Position numbers and translations under genes: made by a program. The notes under the pieces were generated by a model. It saw nothing but the letters and a program-made list of their open reading frames with translations. It did not search any database and had not been told where the DNA came from. Of a DNA stretch of 64,000 nt, positions 1-12,982 are shown one piece after another. The DNA comes from an uncultured Alphaproteobacteria bacterium (GTDB lineage Bacteria; Pseudomonadota; Alphaproteobacteria; Rhizobiales; Beijerinckiaceae), in the NCBI GenBank assembly GCA_963767805.1, contig CAVYFP010000019.1:136039-200038 (forward strand). The letters are read 5' to 3'. The stretch's first letter is position 1. Each line of letters opens with the position of its first letter.

Positions 1-102
1 CGCCGCCTTCAGCTTCTGCTGGCCCGGGCCGCCGACGCCGCGCAGCACAATATGGCGCGCGTAGCGCTCGATCTCTTCGGGCGCGAAGATTGCTTCGGTC
101 AA
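1..102 (-). CDS. moeB: Molybdopterin-synthase adenylyltransferase (MoeB/ThiF family), 5' part only, runs off the window edge
   Basis: Manual translation of the minus strand from TTG at 102 gives MTEAIFAPEEIERYARHIVLRGVGGPGQQKLKAA, the typical MoeB N-terminus; GAGGA RBS-like sequence upstream. Absent from the supplied ORF track. Confidence 0.85.
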   Translation of the reverse strand, partial: MTEAIFAPEEIERYARHIVLRGVGGPGQQKLKAA

Positions 103-327
103 TGGAGGCTGTCCTCACTGAAACATTGCATCAATATGGCGAAGGCGGAATTGAATTGCGAGCGAGCGCGCGGAGCGCGATCGGTCCGGCTCGAACAGCT
201 TGAGCCGCCCTGCGCTTTCGCCTATGAGTTCCTGCCCTGAAGTTCCCGCCCCGCAACGACGACGCAAGACACCTTAGGTTTCCCCGGGGCGGCGACGCAG
301 CCAACCACGAATGATGGGATTGAATCA

Positions 328-537
328 ATGATGCAGTTTTCCTTGAAGCGCGCGCTCGCCGTCGCAATGTTTCTGTCGCTCGGAACGGGAGCCGCCTTCG
401 CCCGCCACCCCTGTCACGACGACGCCGAAAAATTTTGCGGCAGGGTCATCCCCGACCATAAGCTGGTTCAGCATTGCCTGGAGAAGAACTTGTATCATCT
501 GAAGCCCGCCTGCCAGGCGGAGTTCAAGCATAGCTAA
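328..537 (+). CDS. Small secreted cysteine-rich protein (69 aa)
   Basis: Signal peptide (..ALAVAMFLSLGTGAAFA) followed by four Cys in PCHDDAEKFC...HCL...PACQA, resembling bacterial cysteine-rich repeat proteins. Confidence 0.7.
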   Translation: MMQFSLKRALAVAMFLSLGTGAAFARHPCHDDAEKFCGRVIPDHKLVQHCLEKNLYHLKPACQAEFKHS

Positions 538-627
538 ATTGCGAACAGGCCTTGCGCCAACAGGCGCTCGGCTTCAGCTGTCCGAGCCGGCGGATAATCA
601 GCAATCGGCCTTCGGCTTAAACCGCCG

Positions 628-1983
<1,356 letters not shown>

Positions 1984-2284
1984 CTGTCCTCAGCGCCGCC
2001 GCCGGAAACCGCGCCGCCCGAGCCCGTCTTGAGCCCGGGCGAGGCCGTGCTCAAGACCCGAAGCGGGCGCGTCCGGCTTCGATCGCAGCGCTATCCAATT
2101 GTTGTTTGCGAACTTGTAATTTGCCGCCGCTTTGCTCTTACACGAAAATGTCTTGATTGAAGTTGACAAAAGGAATGCTTGCGCGGGCGCTCAGACGGAG
2201 CGCTGCGCCCGAGATGGATCATCAGACTGCCGTCAGAATATTCCGTTAACGCTCGATCGCGCCAATTTTATGGGAACTTGCTCA

Positions 2285-3470
2285 ATGAGGTTTTTCGCAG
2301 GATTTTTCCGCGCCTGTCCGGTCGTCGCTCTCGCCGCCGCGATCGCCTCGACCGCATTGCGCGCGGAAGGCGCCCCGACGGCGGACGGCAGGCTCACGCT
2401 GGCGCAGAATTACGGCGCCCCGCCGGCCGATGTCGGATCTCCTGGCGGCGATGAGGGCTACAGCCAGGCGACGCAGGATCCGTCATCCCTGCTGCTTCGG
2501 ATCGACCGGCTTGAGAGCCAGATGCGTCAGATGAACGGCGCGATCGAGCAATTGCAGTTCCAGAACCGCAAACTTGAGGATCAGCTGAAGAAATTCCAGG
2601 AGGATGTCGACTTTCGCTTCCAGGAGGGCGGACGCGGCGGCGCCCCGGCTCCCGCCGCCGCCAAGCCGCAAAAGCGCACCGATTCGATCGACAGCCTCGC
2701 CGCCCCGGACGACGAGACCGCGGCGACGGAGCCGTTGAATCCCGCCTCGTCCGCGTCGATTGCGCCCGTGCGTCCGGTCCGGCGCGCCGACGCCTTCGAT
2801 CCGGCGGCTGATCCGAACGCGCCCGGGCGCGCCCCGTCCTCTCGGAAGCGCCGCCTCGGCGAGCCCGCCCTTGAGGGATGGTCGCGCCGCCGCCAAATCG
2901 GCCGCGCCCGGCCCCGACACGCCCCTCGATCTGTCCGGCGCGAAGTGGCGCGCGTCGCAGGGCGCGCAGGCGGCCCCGCAAAGCGCTCCGTCGCAAGGGG
3001 CCTCGAGCGCGCTGGCGACGCCGGGCAACGCCGGCATCGCCGCACTGACGACGCCAAACGCCGCGACGGCTGGCGGCGCGCCGATCAATCCGGTCAAGGA
3101 AGAGTTCGACGTCGCCTATGGCTATTTCCGGCAGAAGCAATATGAAACGGCGGAGAAGAGCTTCACGGCGTTCATCCAGAAGAATCCGAAGAGCAAGCTG
3201 ACGGCGGACGCAACCTATTACCTTGGCGAGAGCTTCTACCAGCGCAGCCGCCCGCGCGAAGCCGCCGAGCAATATTTGAAGATTTCAACGCAATACGCGA
3301 ATTCCCAGCGCGCGCCCGACGCCATGCTGCGGCTCGGCCAGTCGCTCCATGCGCTCGGGGCCAAGGAGCAGGCTTGCGCCACCTTCGCCGAAATCCCGCG
3401 CAAATATCCAAACGCCGCGCCGGGCGTCAAAGCCGAGGCGGACCGGGAGGCGAAGCGCGTGCAATGCTGA
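2285..3470 (+). CDS. cpoB: Tol-Pal system / cell division coordinator CpoB (YbgF), frameshifted near 2826
   Basis: Signal peptide and coiled coil (LLLRIDRLESQMRQMNGAIEQLQ) in one frame; C-terminal TPR region (ADATYYLGESFY, APDAMLRLGQSL) in another; removing one G from the GGG at 2825-2827 joins them; adjacent to tilS. Confidence 0.88.
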
Positions 3471-4621
3471 GCGGCGCGACGCGGGACGGGCGCGAGGAAA
3501 TCCCACCGGGCGGGGAAAGCGATTGCCCGCAGTGCGAGGCCTTTACGCCTGTCGTGGTCGCGCGGCTGTTCCACCCGTGGCGAAATGCCCGAAAAATTCT
3601 TCTCGCCGTGTCGGGCGGCCCCAATTCGGTCGCCTTGATGCTGCTGGCGTCGGCTTGGGCGCGAGATTGCGCTGCATCGCCGCGCCTGCATGTCGCGACC
3701 GTTGATCACGGCCTGCGTCCCGAGGCGGGCGCCGAAGCCGAACAGGTGGCGGAATGGGCGCGCCGGCTCGGCCTTCCGCATGACACCCTCGTCTGGACCG
3801 GCGCGAAGCCGAAGTCGCGAATTCAGGAGCGCGCCCGGCAGGCGCGTTATCAACTCCTCTTTGCGCATGCCGCGCGGATTGGCGCCGATGTCGTCGCCAC
3901 GGCCCATCACGCTGACGATCAGGCGGAAACCATCCTGTTCCGGCTTCTGCGCGGCAGCGGCCCTGCCGGACTTTCCGGCATGGCGGCGTCCCGCGCCCGC
4001 CTTGGGCTGACGCATGCGCGCCCTCTGCTGCAATGCAGCAAAGCCGAGTTGATCGCTTGTTGCGCAGCAAAGACGCATCCGTTTCTGACCAATTCCTCAA
4101 ACAGCGATCCTGCCTACGCCCGCACGCGGATGCGCGCGCTCGGCCGCCTGCTTGAACCAGAGGGCCTCGGCCGCGAGGCCCTGCTCCGACTCGGGCGCCG
4201 CGCCGCGCGGGCGGAAGCGGCCCTCGCCGCGCGCGCATCCACCGTCGCAGAAGCGCTTCCGGCCGAATGCACGCCGGGGCTCTACCGCGCCGATATTTCG
4301 AGCCTCGCACAGGAGCCCGACGAAATTTTCCTGCGCGTCCTCGCCCGCGAAATTGTTCCGATCGTCAACCCGCCCGGCGACACGCTTGGCGATCCGCCTG
4401 GTGATTCGCTCGACGAGCCGAAGCTCGGGCGACTCCGGCTCGAACGGCTCGAAACGCTCGCCTGCGCCATGCAGGCGGCGCTTCGCGCCAGCACGCCTTT
4501 CAGCGGCACGCTCGGCGGCGCCGCGCTAAAGCTCGGCCGCGACCACATGCTGACGATCCGGCCCGAAAAACCGCGACGCCGGGACATAGCGGCGCGGCGC
4601 GAAAAGCTCTGCGACCTCTAG
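3464..4621 (+). CDS. tilS: tRNA(Ile)-lysidine synthetase
   Basis: LAVSGGPNS PP-loop, ATVDHGLR, TAHHADDQAET, ARPLL; start overlaps the cpoB stop; precedes ftsH. Confidence 0.92.
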   Translation: MLSGATRDGREEIPPGGESDCPQCEAFTPVVVARLFHPWRNARKILLAVSGGPNSVALMLLASAWARDCAASPRLHVATVDHGLRPEAGAEAEQVAEWARRLGLPHDTLVWTGAKPKSRIQERARQARYQLLFAHAARIGADVVATAHHADDQAETILFRLLRGSGPAGLSGMAASRARLGLTHARPLLQCSKAELIACCAAKTHPFLTNSSNSDPAYARTRMRALGRLLEPEGLGREALLRLGRRAARAEAALAARASTVAEALPAECTPGLYRADISSLAQEPDEIFLRVLAREIVPIVNPPGDTLGDPPGDSLDEPKLGRLRLERLETLACAMQAALRASTPFSGTLGGAALKLGRDHMLTIRPEKPRRRDIAARREKLCDL

Positions 4622-4776
4622 CGCGGCCGCCGAAGACCCCCGCGGCGCCCGCTTCCCCTTGGCAATGCTGCGGACGACGCCTACATTGACACTGGCACGA
4701 CAGGACTCACAGTGCGTTGTTTCTCTCGACAGGCAGGCGACCTTCCGGTTCGCAGGGCTTGCACCAGGACCAAGAG

Positions 4777-6705
4777 ATGAATCCGAACTTTCGTAACTTT
4801 GCACTGTGGGTGATCATCATCCTGCTCGTCGTGGCGCTGGTGATGCTGTTCCAGAACCCGGGTCAGCGCGCCGCCTCGCAGGACATCACGTTCAGCCAGC
4901 TGCTGACCGACGTGGACGGCGGGCGCGTGCGCGAAGTCACCATCGCGGGCAATGAAATCACCGGTCATTACACGGATAATCGCGCCTTCTCGACCTATGC
5001 GCCAAATGATCCGACGCTGGTGCAGAGCCTCTACAAAAAGAACGTCACCATCTCGGCGAAGCCGCCGTCCGACGGCAATAACTGGCTTTTGACGCTGCTC
5101 GTGAACGGGCTGCCGCTCATCGCCATTTTCGGCGTGTGGATTTTCCTGTCCCGGCAGATGCAGGGCGCCGGCGGCAAAGCCATGGGCTTCGGCAAGTCGA
5201 AGGCCAAGCTTTTGACCGAGGCGCATGGGAGGGTCACCTTCGAGGACGTCGCGGGCGTCGACGAGGCCAAGGAGGATCTCCAGGAGATCGTCGAGTTCCT
5301 GCGCGATCCGCAGCGTTTCCAGCGCCTCGGCGGGCGCATCCCGCGCGGCGTGCTGCTGATCGGGCCGCCCGGCACCGGCAAGACGCTGCTGGCGCGCGCC
5401 ATCGCCGGCGAAGCCAACGTGCCCTTCTTCACGATTTCCGGGTCGGATTTCGTTGAAATGTTCGTCGGCGTCGGCGCGAGCCGCGTGCGCGACATGTTCG
5501 AGCAGGCCAAGAAAAACGCGCCCTGCATCATTTTCATCGACGAAATCGACGCCGTCGGGCGCCATCGCGGCGCCGGGCTTGGCGGCGGCAATGACGAGCG
5601 CGAGCAGACCCTGAACCAGTTGCTCGTCGAGATGGACGGTTTCGAGGCCAATGAGAGCATCATTCTCATCGCGGCGACCAACCGCCCCGACGTGCTCGAC
5701 CCCGCGCTTCTGCGGCCGGGCCGCTTCGATCGCCAGATCGTCGTTCCCAATCCCGACGTCGTCGGCCGCGAACGCATCCTGAAGGTGCATGTGCGCAAGG
5801 TTCCGCTCGCCCCCGACGTCGAATTGAAGGTCGTCGCGCGCGGCACGCCCGGATTTTCGGGCGCGGATCTCATGAACCTCGTCAATGAGGCCGCCCTGCT
5901 CGCGGCGCGGCGCGGCAAGCGCGTCGTCACGATGGCCGAGTTCGAGGATTCCAAGGACAAGATCATGATGGGCGCCGAGCGCCGCACCATGGTCATGACC
6001 GAGCAGGAGAAGATGCTCACCGCCTATCACGAGGGCGGCCACGCCATCGTCGCGCTGAACGTTCCGGCGACCGATCCCGTCCACAAGGCGACGATCATTC
6101 CGCGCGGGCGCGCGCTCGGCATGGTCATGCAGCTGCCCGAACGCGACAAGCTCTCGACGAGCTATGCCCAGATGACGTCGCGGCTCGCGGTCTGCATGGG
6201 CGGGCGCGTCGCCGAGGAGATCATCTTCGGCAAGGACCAGATCACCTCCGGCGCGCAATCGGACATCGAGCAGGCGACAAAGCTGGCGCGGGCCATGGTG
6301 ACGCGCTGGGGCTTCTCCGAGGAGCTCGGCACCGTCATGTATGGCGAGAATCAGGAAGAAGTGTTCCTCGGCTATTCGATGGGCAAGCAGCAGACGATTT
6401 CCGAGGAGACCGCGCGCAAGATCGATTCGGAAGTGCGTCGCCTCGTCGAACTGGGCCTTTCCGAAGCAAAACGAATCCTGACCGAGAAGCGGCAGGATCT
6501 CGAAGCGCTGGCGCGGGGCCTGCTCGAATATGAAACCTTGTCAGGCGACGAAATCATCGGGCTTTTGCAGGGGCGACGGCCCGTGCGCGAAAATCCCGAG
6601 GATGCGACGCCGCTGCGCGGCTCGCCCGTGCCGACGACCGGCGCCAATCTCAGGCCGAAACCGGGACCGGAGCCCGGCGGCCTCGAGCCCCAGCCGCAGG
6701 CCTGA
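4777..6705 (+). CDS. ftsH: ATP-dependent zinc metalloprotease FtsH
   Basis: [11 protein letters not shown] start, two TM segments, [19 protein letters not shown] motif, HEGGH zinc motif. Confidence 0.98.
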   Translation: MNPNFRNFALWVIIILLVVALVMLFQNPGQRAASQDITFSQLLTDVDGGRVREVTIAGNEITGHYTDNRAFSTYAPNDPTLVQSLYKKNVTISAKPPSDGNNWLLTLLVNGLPLIAIFGVWIFLSRQMQGAGGKAMGFGKSKAKLLTEAHGRVTFEDVAGVDEAKEDLQEIVEFLRDPQRFQRLGGRIPRGVLLIGPPGTGKTLLARAIAGEANVPFFTISGSDFVEMFVGVGASRVRDMFEQAKKNAPCIIFIDEIDAVGRHRGAGLGGGNDEREQTLNQLLVEMDGFEANESIILIAATNRPDVLDPALLRPGRFDRQIVVPNPDVVGRERILKVHVRKVPLAPDVELKVVARGTPGFSGADLMNLVNEAALLAARRGKRVVTMAEFEDSKDKIMMGAERRTMVMTEQEKMLTAYHEGGHAIVALNVPATDPVHKATIIPRGRALGMVMQLPERDKLSTSYAQMTSRLAVCMGGRVAEEIIFGKDQITSGAQSDIEQATKLARAMVTRWGFSEELGTVMYGENQEEVFLGYSMGKQQTISEETARKIDSEVRRLVELGLSEAKRILTEKRQDLEALARGLLEYETLSGDEIIGLLQGRRPVRENPEDATPLRGSPVPTTGANLRPKPGPEPGGLEPQPQA

Positions 6706-6735
6706 TCGGCCGGATTCACCGCCGCCAAAACGGTT

Positions 6736-6775
6736 AAAGGCCGCCTCACGCAAGTGACGGCGGCCTTTGCTTTGT
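6736..6775. terminator. Probably bidirectional intrinsic terminator after ftsH
   Basis: AAAGGCCGCC-TCAC-GCAA-GTGA-C-GGCGGCCTTT hairpin with A-rich 5' and T-rich 3' flanks. Confidence 0.8.
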
Positions 6776-6800
6776 TTGCCTTTTGCCGGCCGGCGATCGA

Positions 6801-6975
6801 TTACGCCGTAAACGTAAATTGCGTGCCGGTGATGACCTCGCCGGCTTGGCCGGAGCCCCTCCGCCTTGATGATGTCGCAGAAGGCCTCGCCACTGCAATG
6901 GAGCGGCACGATGAGGTCCGCATCGATCGCATTCAGGGCGGCGGCGGGCTCCTGAAAGACCGGGAGCTTGCGTCA
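6801..6975 (-). pseudogene. C-terminal remnant of an MBL-fold metallo-hydrolase
   Basis: Minus strand reads ..AAALNAIDADLIVPLHCSGEAFCDIIKAE, then after a frameshift VITGTQFTFTA-stop. P.HC(S/T)GE plus a terminal TGT.F.F is typical of a class of MBL-fold hydrolases; no 5' part is present. Confidence 0.55.
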
Positions 6976-7133
6976 CGCCAATCCTGGACGGAGTCCAGCC
7001 GTTCAGAACGCCGCAATATGCGGGTCGTTCCGCAAGAGGTTCCGCAGCCGTCGAGGGCTATCCCTACGCCGCGACGAGAAGCGCTTGTCGCGCATCCCGG
7101 CGCGCTCTCCAGAGCCGATACGAAGAGACTACT

Positions 7134-7643
7134 TCAGGACTGCGACCCGGCCAGCACCGTGACGGCGCGGCGGTTCTGCGACCAGCAGGAAATATCGTTG
7201 CAGACCGCGACCGGCCGCTCCTTGCCGAAGCTGATGGTGTGGATGCGAGCGGCCGGGATGCCGCGCGCGACCAGATAGGATTTGGCCGCCTCGGCCCGGC
7301 GCGCGCCGAGAGCGAAGTTGTACTCGCGGGTGCCGCGCTCGTCGGCATGCCCCTCGACGGTGAAATTATATCGCGCGTATTGCGCGAGCCAGCGCGCCTG
7401 CTTGTCCAGCGTCGCCTGCGCCGTGGGGCTCAGTTCGCTGGAATCGCTGTCAAAGAAAACCCGGTCGCCGACATTGACCGCGAAATCCTGCGGACTGCCG
7501 GGCGTCGCCGCCCCGGCGGCGCTATTGGCGTTCGCCAGCGCATTGGGATCTTCGGCGGGGTTCTTGGCGCAGGCCGCGATCGCGAGGGCGGCGCCCAGCA
7601 CGGCGGCGATTTTCCATTCGCCCCTCCGTTTGAGAAAGCTCAT
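7134..7643 (-). CDS. pal: Peptidoglycan-associated lipoprotein
   Basis: Lipobox LAIAAC; OmpA_C motifs VGDRVFFD, VEGHADERGTREYNFALGARRA, ISFGKERP, QNRR. Confidence 0.96.
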   Translation of the reverse strand: MSFLKRRGEWKIAAVLGAALAIAACAKNPAEDPNALANANSAAGAATPGSPQDFAVNVGDRVFFDSDSSELSPTAQATLDKQARWLAQYARYNFTVEGHADERGTREYNFALGARRAEAAKSYLVARGIPAARIHTISFGKERPVAVCNDISCWSQNRRAVTVLAGSQS

Positions 7644-7767
7644 CCCATTACTCCTTGGTTGATCGCAGGACAGGATGATTCCTAAGGCTTCGACTATTAA
7701 GAGAAGGTTCCGTCAACCTTGATTGAAGCTTATGAGCCGCCGTGGCATTTGAGTTATCGGCCCAATG

Positions 7768-7783
7768 GTTAACAAAAGGTTAA
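7768..7783 (-). promoter_or_regulatory. Full CtrA-type box upstream of pal
   Basis: Minus strand TTAA-CCTTTTG-TTAAC matches the TTAA-N7-TTAAC consensus exactly, about 125 bp upstream of the pal start. Confidence 0.75.
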
Positions 7784-8196
7784 TGGCGGTAATGGGGCCT
7801 TCTCCCCAAACCGGCGGCCAAGTCAAAGCCCGCCGCCGCATGGTTAAAGCCGCTGGAGCGAACAAAATCAAGCCTTAAGAAAAAGTTGATCGATCTGCGT
7901 CGGAACGCGCCAATTCTTACGCTTGCGCCCCACGGGAGGAGATGAAACTTGTGCAAAGCCTGCGCGCATTGGCCGCGGGGTTAGAATGACTCCAGGAAAC
8001 TGCGAATGCCTCGCCGGAATCAACTCACCCCAGCGCGAAGCTGCAAAGTCGCAGCTATACGGGGCGGCATCAATGCGTTAACGCAAAAACGGGCGGATCA
8101 ACTCCGTTTTGAGCCATCACGCACAGGGCGGCGGGTGGAAAAACGGAAGCCCGTTTTGCCTGCCCGACCCAAAACTCAAGCCAAAATCATCGCGAT

Positions 8197-11043
8197 CTAA
8201 TGCGCGAGGCGCTCCAGCAGGTCGCGCACATGGACCTGATCGGCTTTGTAATTGCCGGTCAGCGTGTACATCACCAGATTGACGCCGCCGCGCAGGGCGA
8301 GTTCATGCTGTCGGCCGCCGCCGGGAGTCAGCGCATAAAGGCTCTCGCCGTCAGGGTCGCTCGCCCATCCGGCGGCGAGATCGTTGGAGGTGATGATCAC
8401 CGGCGACACGCCATCGCCCGAGCGCGCCGGACGCGCCCCGCCATCGGTCGGGGCCGGCGGCAGCGCTTCGATCCAGGTCGTCCCGTTGGCGTAACGGCCA
8501 ATGAAGCCGTCGAGCAGATAGAAAGTCTTGGTGACCACATGGTCGGCCGGCACGGGCGCGAGTTCGGGCACATCGACGCCCGCGAGCAATTGCCGCAGCC
8601 AGCGCGCCTCCGGCGTCGGTAGCCCGTCGGGACGCGCGGTCAGCGCATCGCGCGTGTCGAAAACGATCGTGCCGCCGAGCTTCATGAAGGAGCTGATCCT
8701 GGCGATCGCCTCCTGCGACGGCAGCGGACGGTCGGCGACGATCGGCCAATAGAGCAGCGGATAGAAGCTCAGTTCATCGCGGGCGGGATCGACGCCGACC
8801 GGCTCGCCAGGGGTCAGGGACGTCCGCCGCGCCAGCACGCGCGACAGGCTGATCAGCCCCTCCCGGCTCGTCTCGTCGACCTTGGGATCGCCGCTGACGA
8901 CATAGGCGAGGTGCGTCGTCAGCGCGGAACTCAGATCATGCGGCGCAATCGAAATAGCCTGACCGCTCCCGGCGGGCTCGGCCAGGGCCCGAGACGGCGC
9001 ATTGATGCAGCCGGCGGCGCCAACCATAGCGGCGATGGCGAGGCCCGCGAGCGCCCGGCGCGAGGGGCGCAGCGATCCGGCAATCCAGAGCGAAGCGAGC
9101 GCGTCAAGGCAGAACAGCACGAAGGCGAGGGCGAGCAGAAACGGCTTCAGATCGATCGGCTCGGCGCCGCGCAGCGGATGCGGCGCGAGGCCGAGCCTTG
9201 AGAAATTCAGCGCCTCGACGTGATCGCCGGGCTGCAGCGCGTTGACGGCGACGAAAGCGTCGGGCGGCCCGTAAATGCCAGGCAAATGATCGGCGTCGGC
9301 GGCGCCCTCGAAGCCGGGCGGGATGGATCTTGCGCTCGCGGGCGGCGCGCCGAGCACGCCAAAGCCGTCGAGCGTCTTCGCCGGCGCGATCGCCTTGGCC
9401 TGCTCCGCGCTGGCGGCGAGGCCGCCGGCCGAGGCCTTGCTGTCCGCATCCCCGGCGCCGGGCGCCGTCTGGCCCGACAGATCGATGATTTTGCGCAGCA
9501 TGTCGACGAACAGTCCCGAAAGCGGCAGATTCGACCAGGTGGTGTCGGCCGTCACATGAAACAGAATCGTCATTCCCTTGCCCATGCGCAAGGCCGTAAC
9601 CAGGGGCGTGCCGTCGGAAAGCTGCGCCAGCGTGCGCCCGGCAAGCCCGGGATCAGGCTCCGCCAGCACCTGACGCGAGACGGTCACTTCGGCGGGCGCG
9701 TTCAGGCCGAAGAACGGGCTGGAGCGCTCGAAGGGCGCGAGCGTCTTTGGCGTGTCCCATGACATCGAGCCGCCAAGCACGCGTCCGCCGCGCCGCAGCC
9801 GCACCGGCACGAGATCGTCCGAGGCCCCGGCGAGCCGCGTGCCGGCGAAGCGCAACAGGATGCCGCCATCCTCGACGAAGCGCCGCAACTCGTCATGGTC
9901 CGGCCCCGATACGGCGCCGACGTCGGCGAGGATCATGATGGCGACATGGCTCTCAAGCAGCTCGTGGATGGGATCGACCGTTCCCGGCCGCGCCTCGCGT
10001 ACGTCGGCGAAGGGCGCCAGCGCCTTCTTCAAGTAATAGTTCGGCGCCAGCAGCGGCTGCGAGACGTCGGCCGCCTCGCCGCTGACGAGGCCGATGGCGC
10101 GCCGGCGCCAGCGCGCGTCAAGCAGCGACACAGCGCCGGCGGAATGCTCGCCGACGATTTCAAGGCGCATGATCTCGTTGCGCAATTCGACGGGCAGATC
10201 GAATTTGGCGCGCGTCTCCATCTGCCCGGCGAAATCGAAAGGCGCCGAGCCGATGGCGAGACCCTTCATGTCGAGCGCGCGCAACTCGCCCTGCTCCTGA
10301 CCCTGCTCCGGCCCGCCGGCTGCCGAGCGAATCACCCGCACTTCGAGGCCGCCCGCAAGATTTTGTGGACCAGCCAGCGCCCGCACGCGATCGGCGCCGC
10401 CGATCACGTCGAGATCTACGCCAAGCGCTGCAAGGCCGCTCGCAAACTCGCTCGCGTGGCCGGCCTCGACGCCATCTGCGATCCAGACGATCGCGGCTTG
10501 CGGATTCGCCGCGACGAAGCCCCGGATCGCCGTCAGCGCCGGGCGGCGATCTGGCGCATAGGGAGCCGGATTGATCGCGCGGAGCCGCTCGAGCGCCTTC
10601 GCCGCGTCGGTGGCGACGATCTCGCGCGGGCCGTCGGAGGCCGCGACGACGGCGACCGGACGCGCGCGCCGCCCCGCCGCCTCGATGCGCTGCGCCGCCG
10701 CCTCGATGCGGCGCGAAAAGCTCGGCGCCGCCGGCCAGCCATCGTCGAGCGCGACCAGCAAGGGGCCGGCACCGACGGCGAGCGGCGCCGGATTGAGCAC
10801 AGGCCCCGCCATGGCGAGGATGATGCACGCGGCGATGGCGAGGCGCAGGATCAGCAGCCAGGGCGGCGTGCGCCGGGGCGTCTGATTGGCCGGGATCAGA
10901 TCGAAAAACAGGCGCAGCGGCGGAAACGGCACCTGACGCGGCCGCGGCGGCGTCACGCGCAGAAGATAATAGAGCAGCGGCAGGCCGACCAGGGCGGCGA
11001 GCGCGAGCGGCGCGGTGAAGGCGAGCGGCATGCCGAACATCAA
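8197..11043 (-). CDS. BatA N-terminal / DUF4159 domain membrane protein
   Basis: N-terminal aerotolerance-regulator-like motif (LPLLYYLLRVTPPRP..PFP), vWA-like LDDGW, C-terminal DUF4159-like (LSFYPLLYWP, GGTIVFDTRD, YTLTGNYKADQVH). Confidence 0.85.
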   Translation of the reverse strand: MMFGMPLAFTAPLALAALVGLPLLYYLLRVTPPRPRQVPFPPLRLFFDLIPANQTPRRTPPWLLILRLAIAACIILAMAGPVLNPAPLAVGAGPLLVALDDGWPAAPSFSRRIEAAAQRIEAAGRRARPVAVVAASDGPREIVATDAAKALERLRAINPAPYAPDRRPALTAIRGFVAANPQAAIVWIADGVEAGHASEFASGLAALGVDLDVIGGADRVRALAGPQNLAGGLEVRVIRSAAGGPEQGQEQGELRALDMKGLAIGSAPFDFAGQMETRAKFDLPVELRNEIMRLEIVGEHSAGAVSLLDARWRRRAIGLVSGEAADVSQPLLAPNYYLKKALAPFADVREARPGTVDPIHELLESHVAIMILADVGAVSGPDHDELRRFVEDGGILLRFAGTRLAGASDDLVPVRLRRGGRVLGGSMSWDTPKTLAPFERSSPFFGLNAPAEVTVSRQVLAEPDPGLAGRTLAQLSDGTPLVTALRMGKGMTILFHVTADTTWSNLPLSGLFVDMLRKIIDLSGQTAPGAGDADSKASAGGLAASAEQAKAIAPAKTLDGFGVLGAPPASARSIPPGFEGAADADHLPGIYGPPDAFVAVNALQPGDHVEALNFSRLGLAPHPLRGAEPIDLKPFLLALAFVLFCLDALASLWIAGSLRPSRRALAGLAIAAMVGAAGCINAPSRALAEPAGSGQAISIAPHDLSSALTTHLAYVVSGDPKVDETSREGLISLSRVLARRTSLTPGEPVGVDPARDELSFYPLLYWPIVADRPLPSQEAIARISSFMKLGGTIVFDTRDALTARPDGLPTPEARWLRQLLAGVDVPELAPVPADHVVTKTFYLLDGFIGRYANGTTWIEALPPAPTDGGARPARSGDGVSPVIITSNDLAAGWASDPDGESLYALTPGGGRQHELALRGGVNLVMYTLTGNYKADQVHVRDLLERLAH

Positions 11044-11981
11044 ATGGCCAGCCCCGCGGAGGCGTTGGAGGAATTGGCCTCAAGCTGCATCCTGAGGGCG
11101 AGCAGAGCCTCCGAGGCCGGCCGGTCGGTCCGGTGCAGCATCAAGGTCCAGCCGCGCGCCCGCGCCGCCGTCCGGATCGCATCGCGATGCGCCGCCAGCC
11201 TTCGCATATAATCCACCCGGAAGGATTGCGCCTCGCCGACGCGAAGACGAGCCGGCAAATCGACGTCGATGAATTCGACATGGCCAGCGAAAGGAAAGGT
11301 CTCCTCGACCGGATCGGCGATCATGATGAGATGCCCGCGCGCGCCGCACTGGCTGATCGAATGGATCATCGCCGCGATGTCGTTCGGGTCGCTGAGAAAA
11401 TCCCCGATCAGAACCGCCTGTGAATTGCGCGGCAGGCTGCCCGCCGGCGCCAGTTCCGCCGGCTCATAGCCCTGTCCGCGCTCCTCGGCGAGCAGCGCCT
11501 CGGCGAAGCGCTCGACGATGTTGCGCGCCGCGAGCGGCCGGGTGAGGCCGAGCAGGCCGACGCGCTCGCCGCCGCGAATCAGCAGATCGGCCGCGGCGAG
11601 GCCAAGCACAAGCGCGCGGTCGATCTTCGGCTGCAGCGCCAGCTTCGAGGAAAAATACATGGACGCGGAGCGGTCGATCCACAGCATGACCGTATGGGCC
11701 GCCTCCCACTCACGCTCGCGCACGTAAAGCCGCTCGTCGCGCGCGGAGCGGCGCCAGTCGATGCGGCTCCGCAATTCGCCGGCGACGAAGGGACGAAACT
11801 GCCAAAAGGATTCGCCAAGCCCGGCACGGCGGCGGCCATGAACGCCGTGAAGGACGCTGGCCGCGACTTCCCGCGCGGCGACGACGAGGCTGGGAAAGCG
11901 TCGCGCCAGCGAAAGCGCCCGATCCTGCCCCGGCCCCTGAAGGCGACTCTCGCGGCGATCGAGAAGGGCGACCTCCGGCAT
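11040..11981 (-). CDS. DUF58 domain protein
   Basis: GVHGRRRAG.GESFWQFRPF, IDWRRSAR, LYVRERE motifs; lies between moxR and the BatA-like gene. Confidence 0.9.
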   Translation of the reverse strand: MPEVALLDRRESRLQGPGQDRALSLARRFPSLVVAAREVAASVLHGVHGRRRAGLGESFWQFRPFVAGELRSRIDWRRSARDERLYVREREWEAAHTVMLWIDRSASMYFSSKLALQPKIDRALVLGLAAADLLIRGGERVGLLGLTRPLAARNIVERFAEALLAEERGQGYEPAELAPAGSLPRNSQAVLIGDFLSDPNDIAAMIHSISQCGARGHLIMIADPVEETFPFAGHVEFIDVDLPARLRVGEAQSFRVDYMRRLAAHRDAIRTAARARGWTLMLHRTDRPASEALLALRMQLEANSSNASAGLAI

Positions 11982-11983
11982 GG

Positions 11984-12982
<999 letters not shown>

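Noticed and set aside
7935-7990. 15-codon mini-ORF (MKLVQSLRALAAGLE) after GGAGGAG
   Set aside because: RBS-to-ATG spacing is too short and there is no other support.
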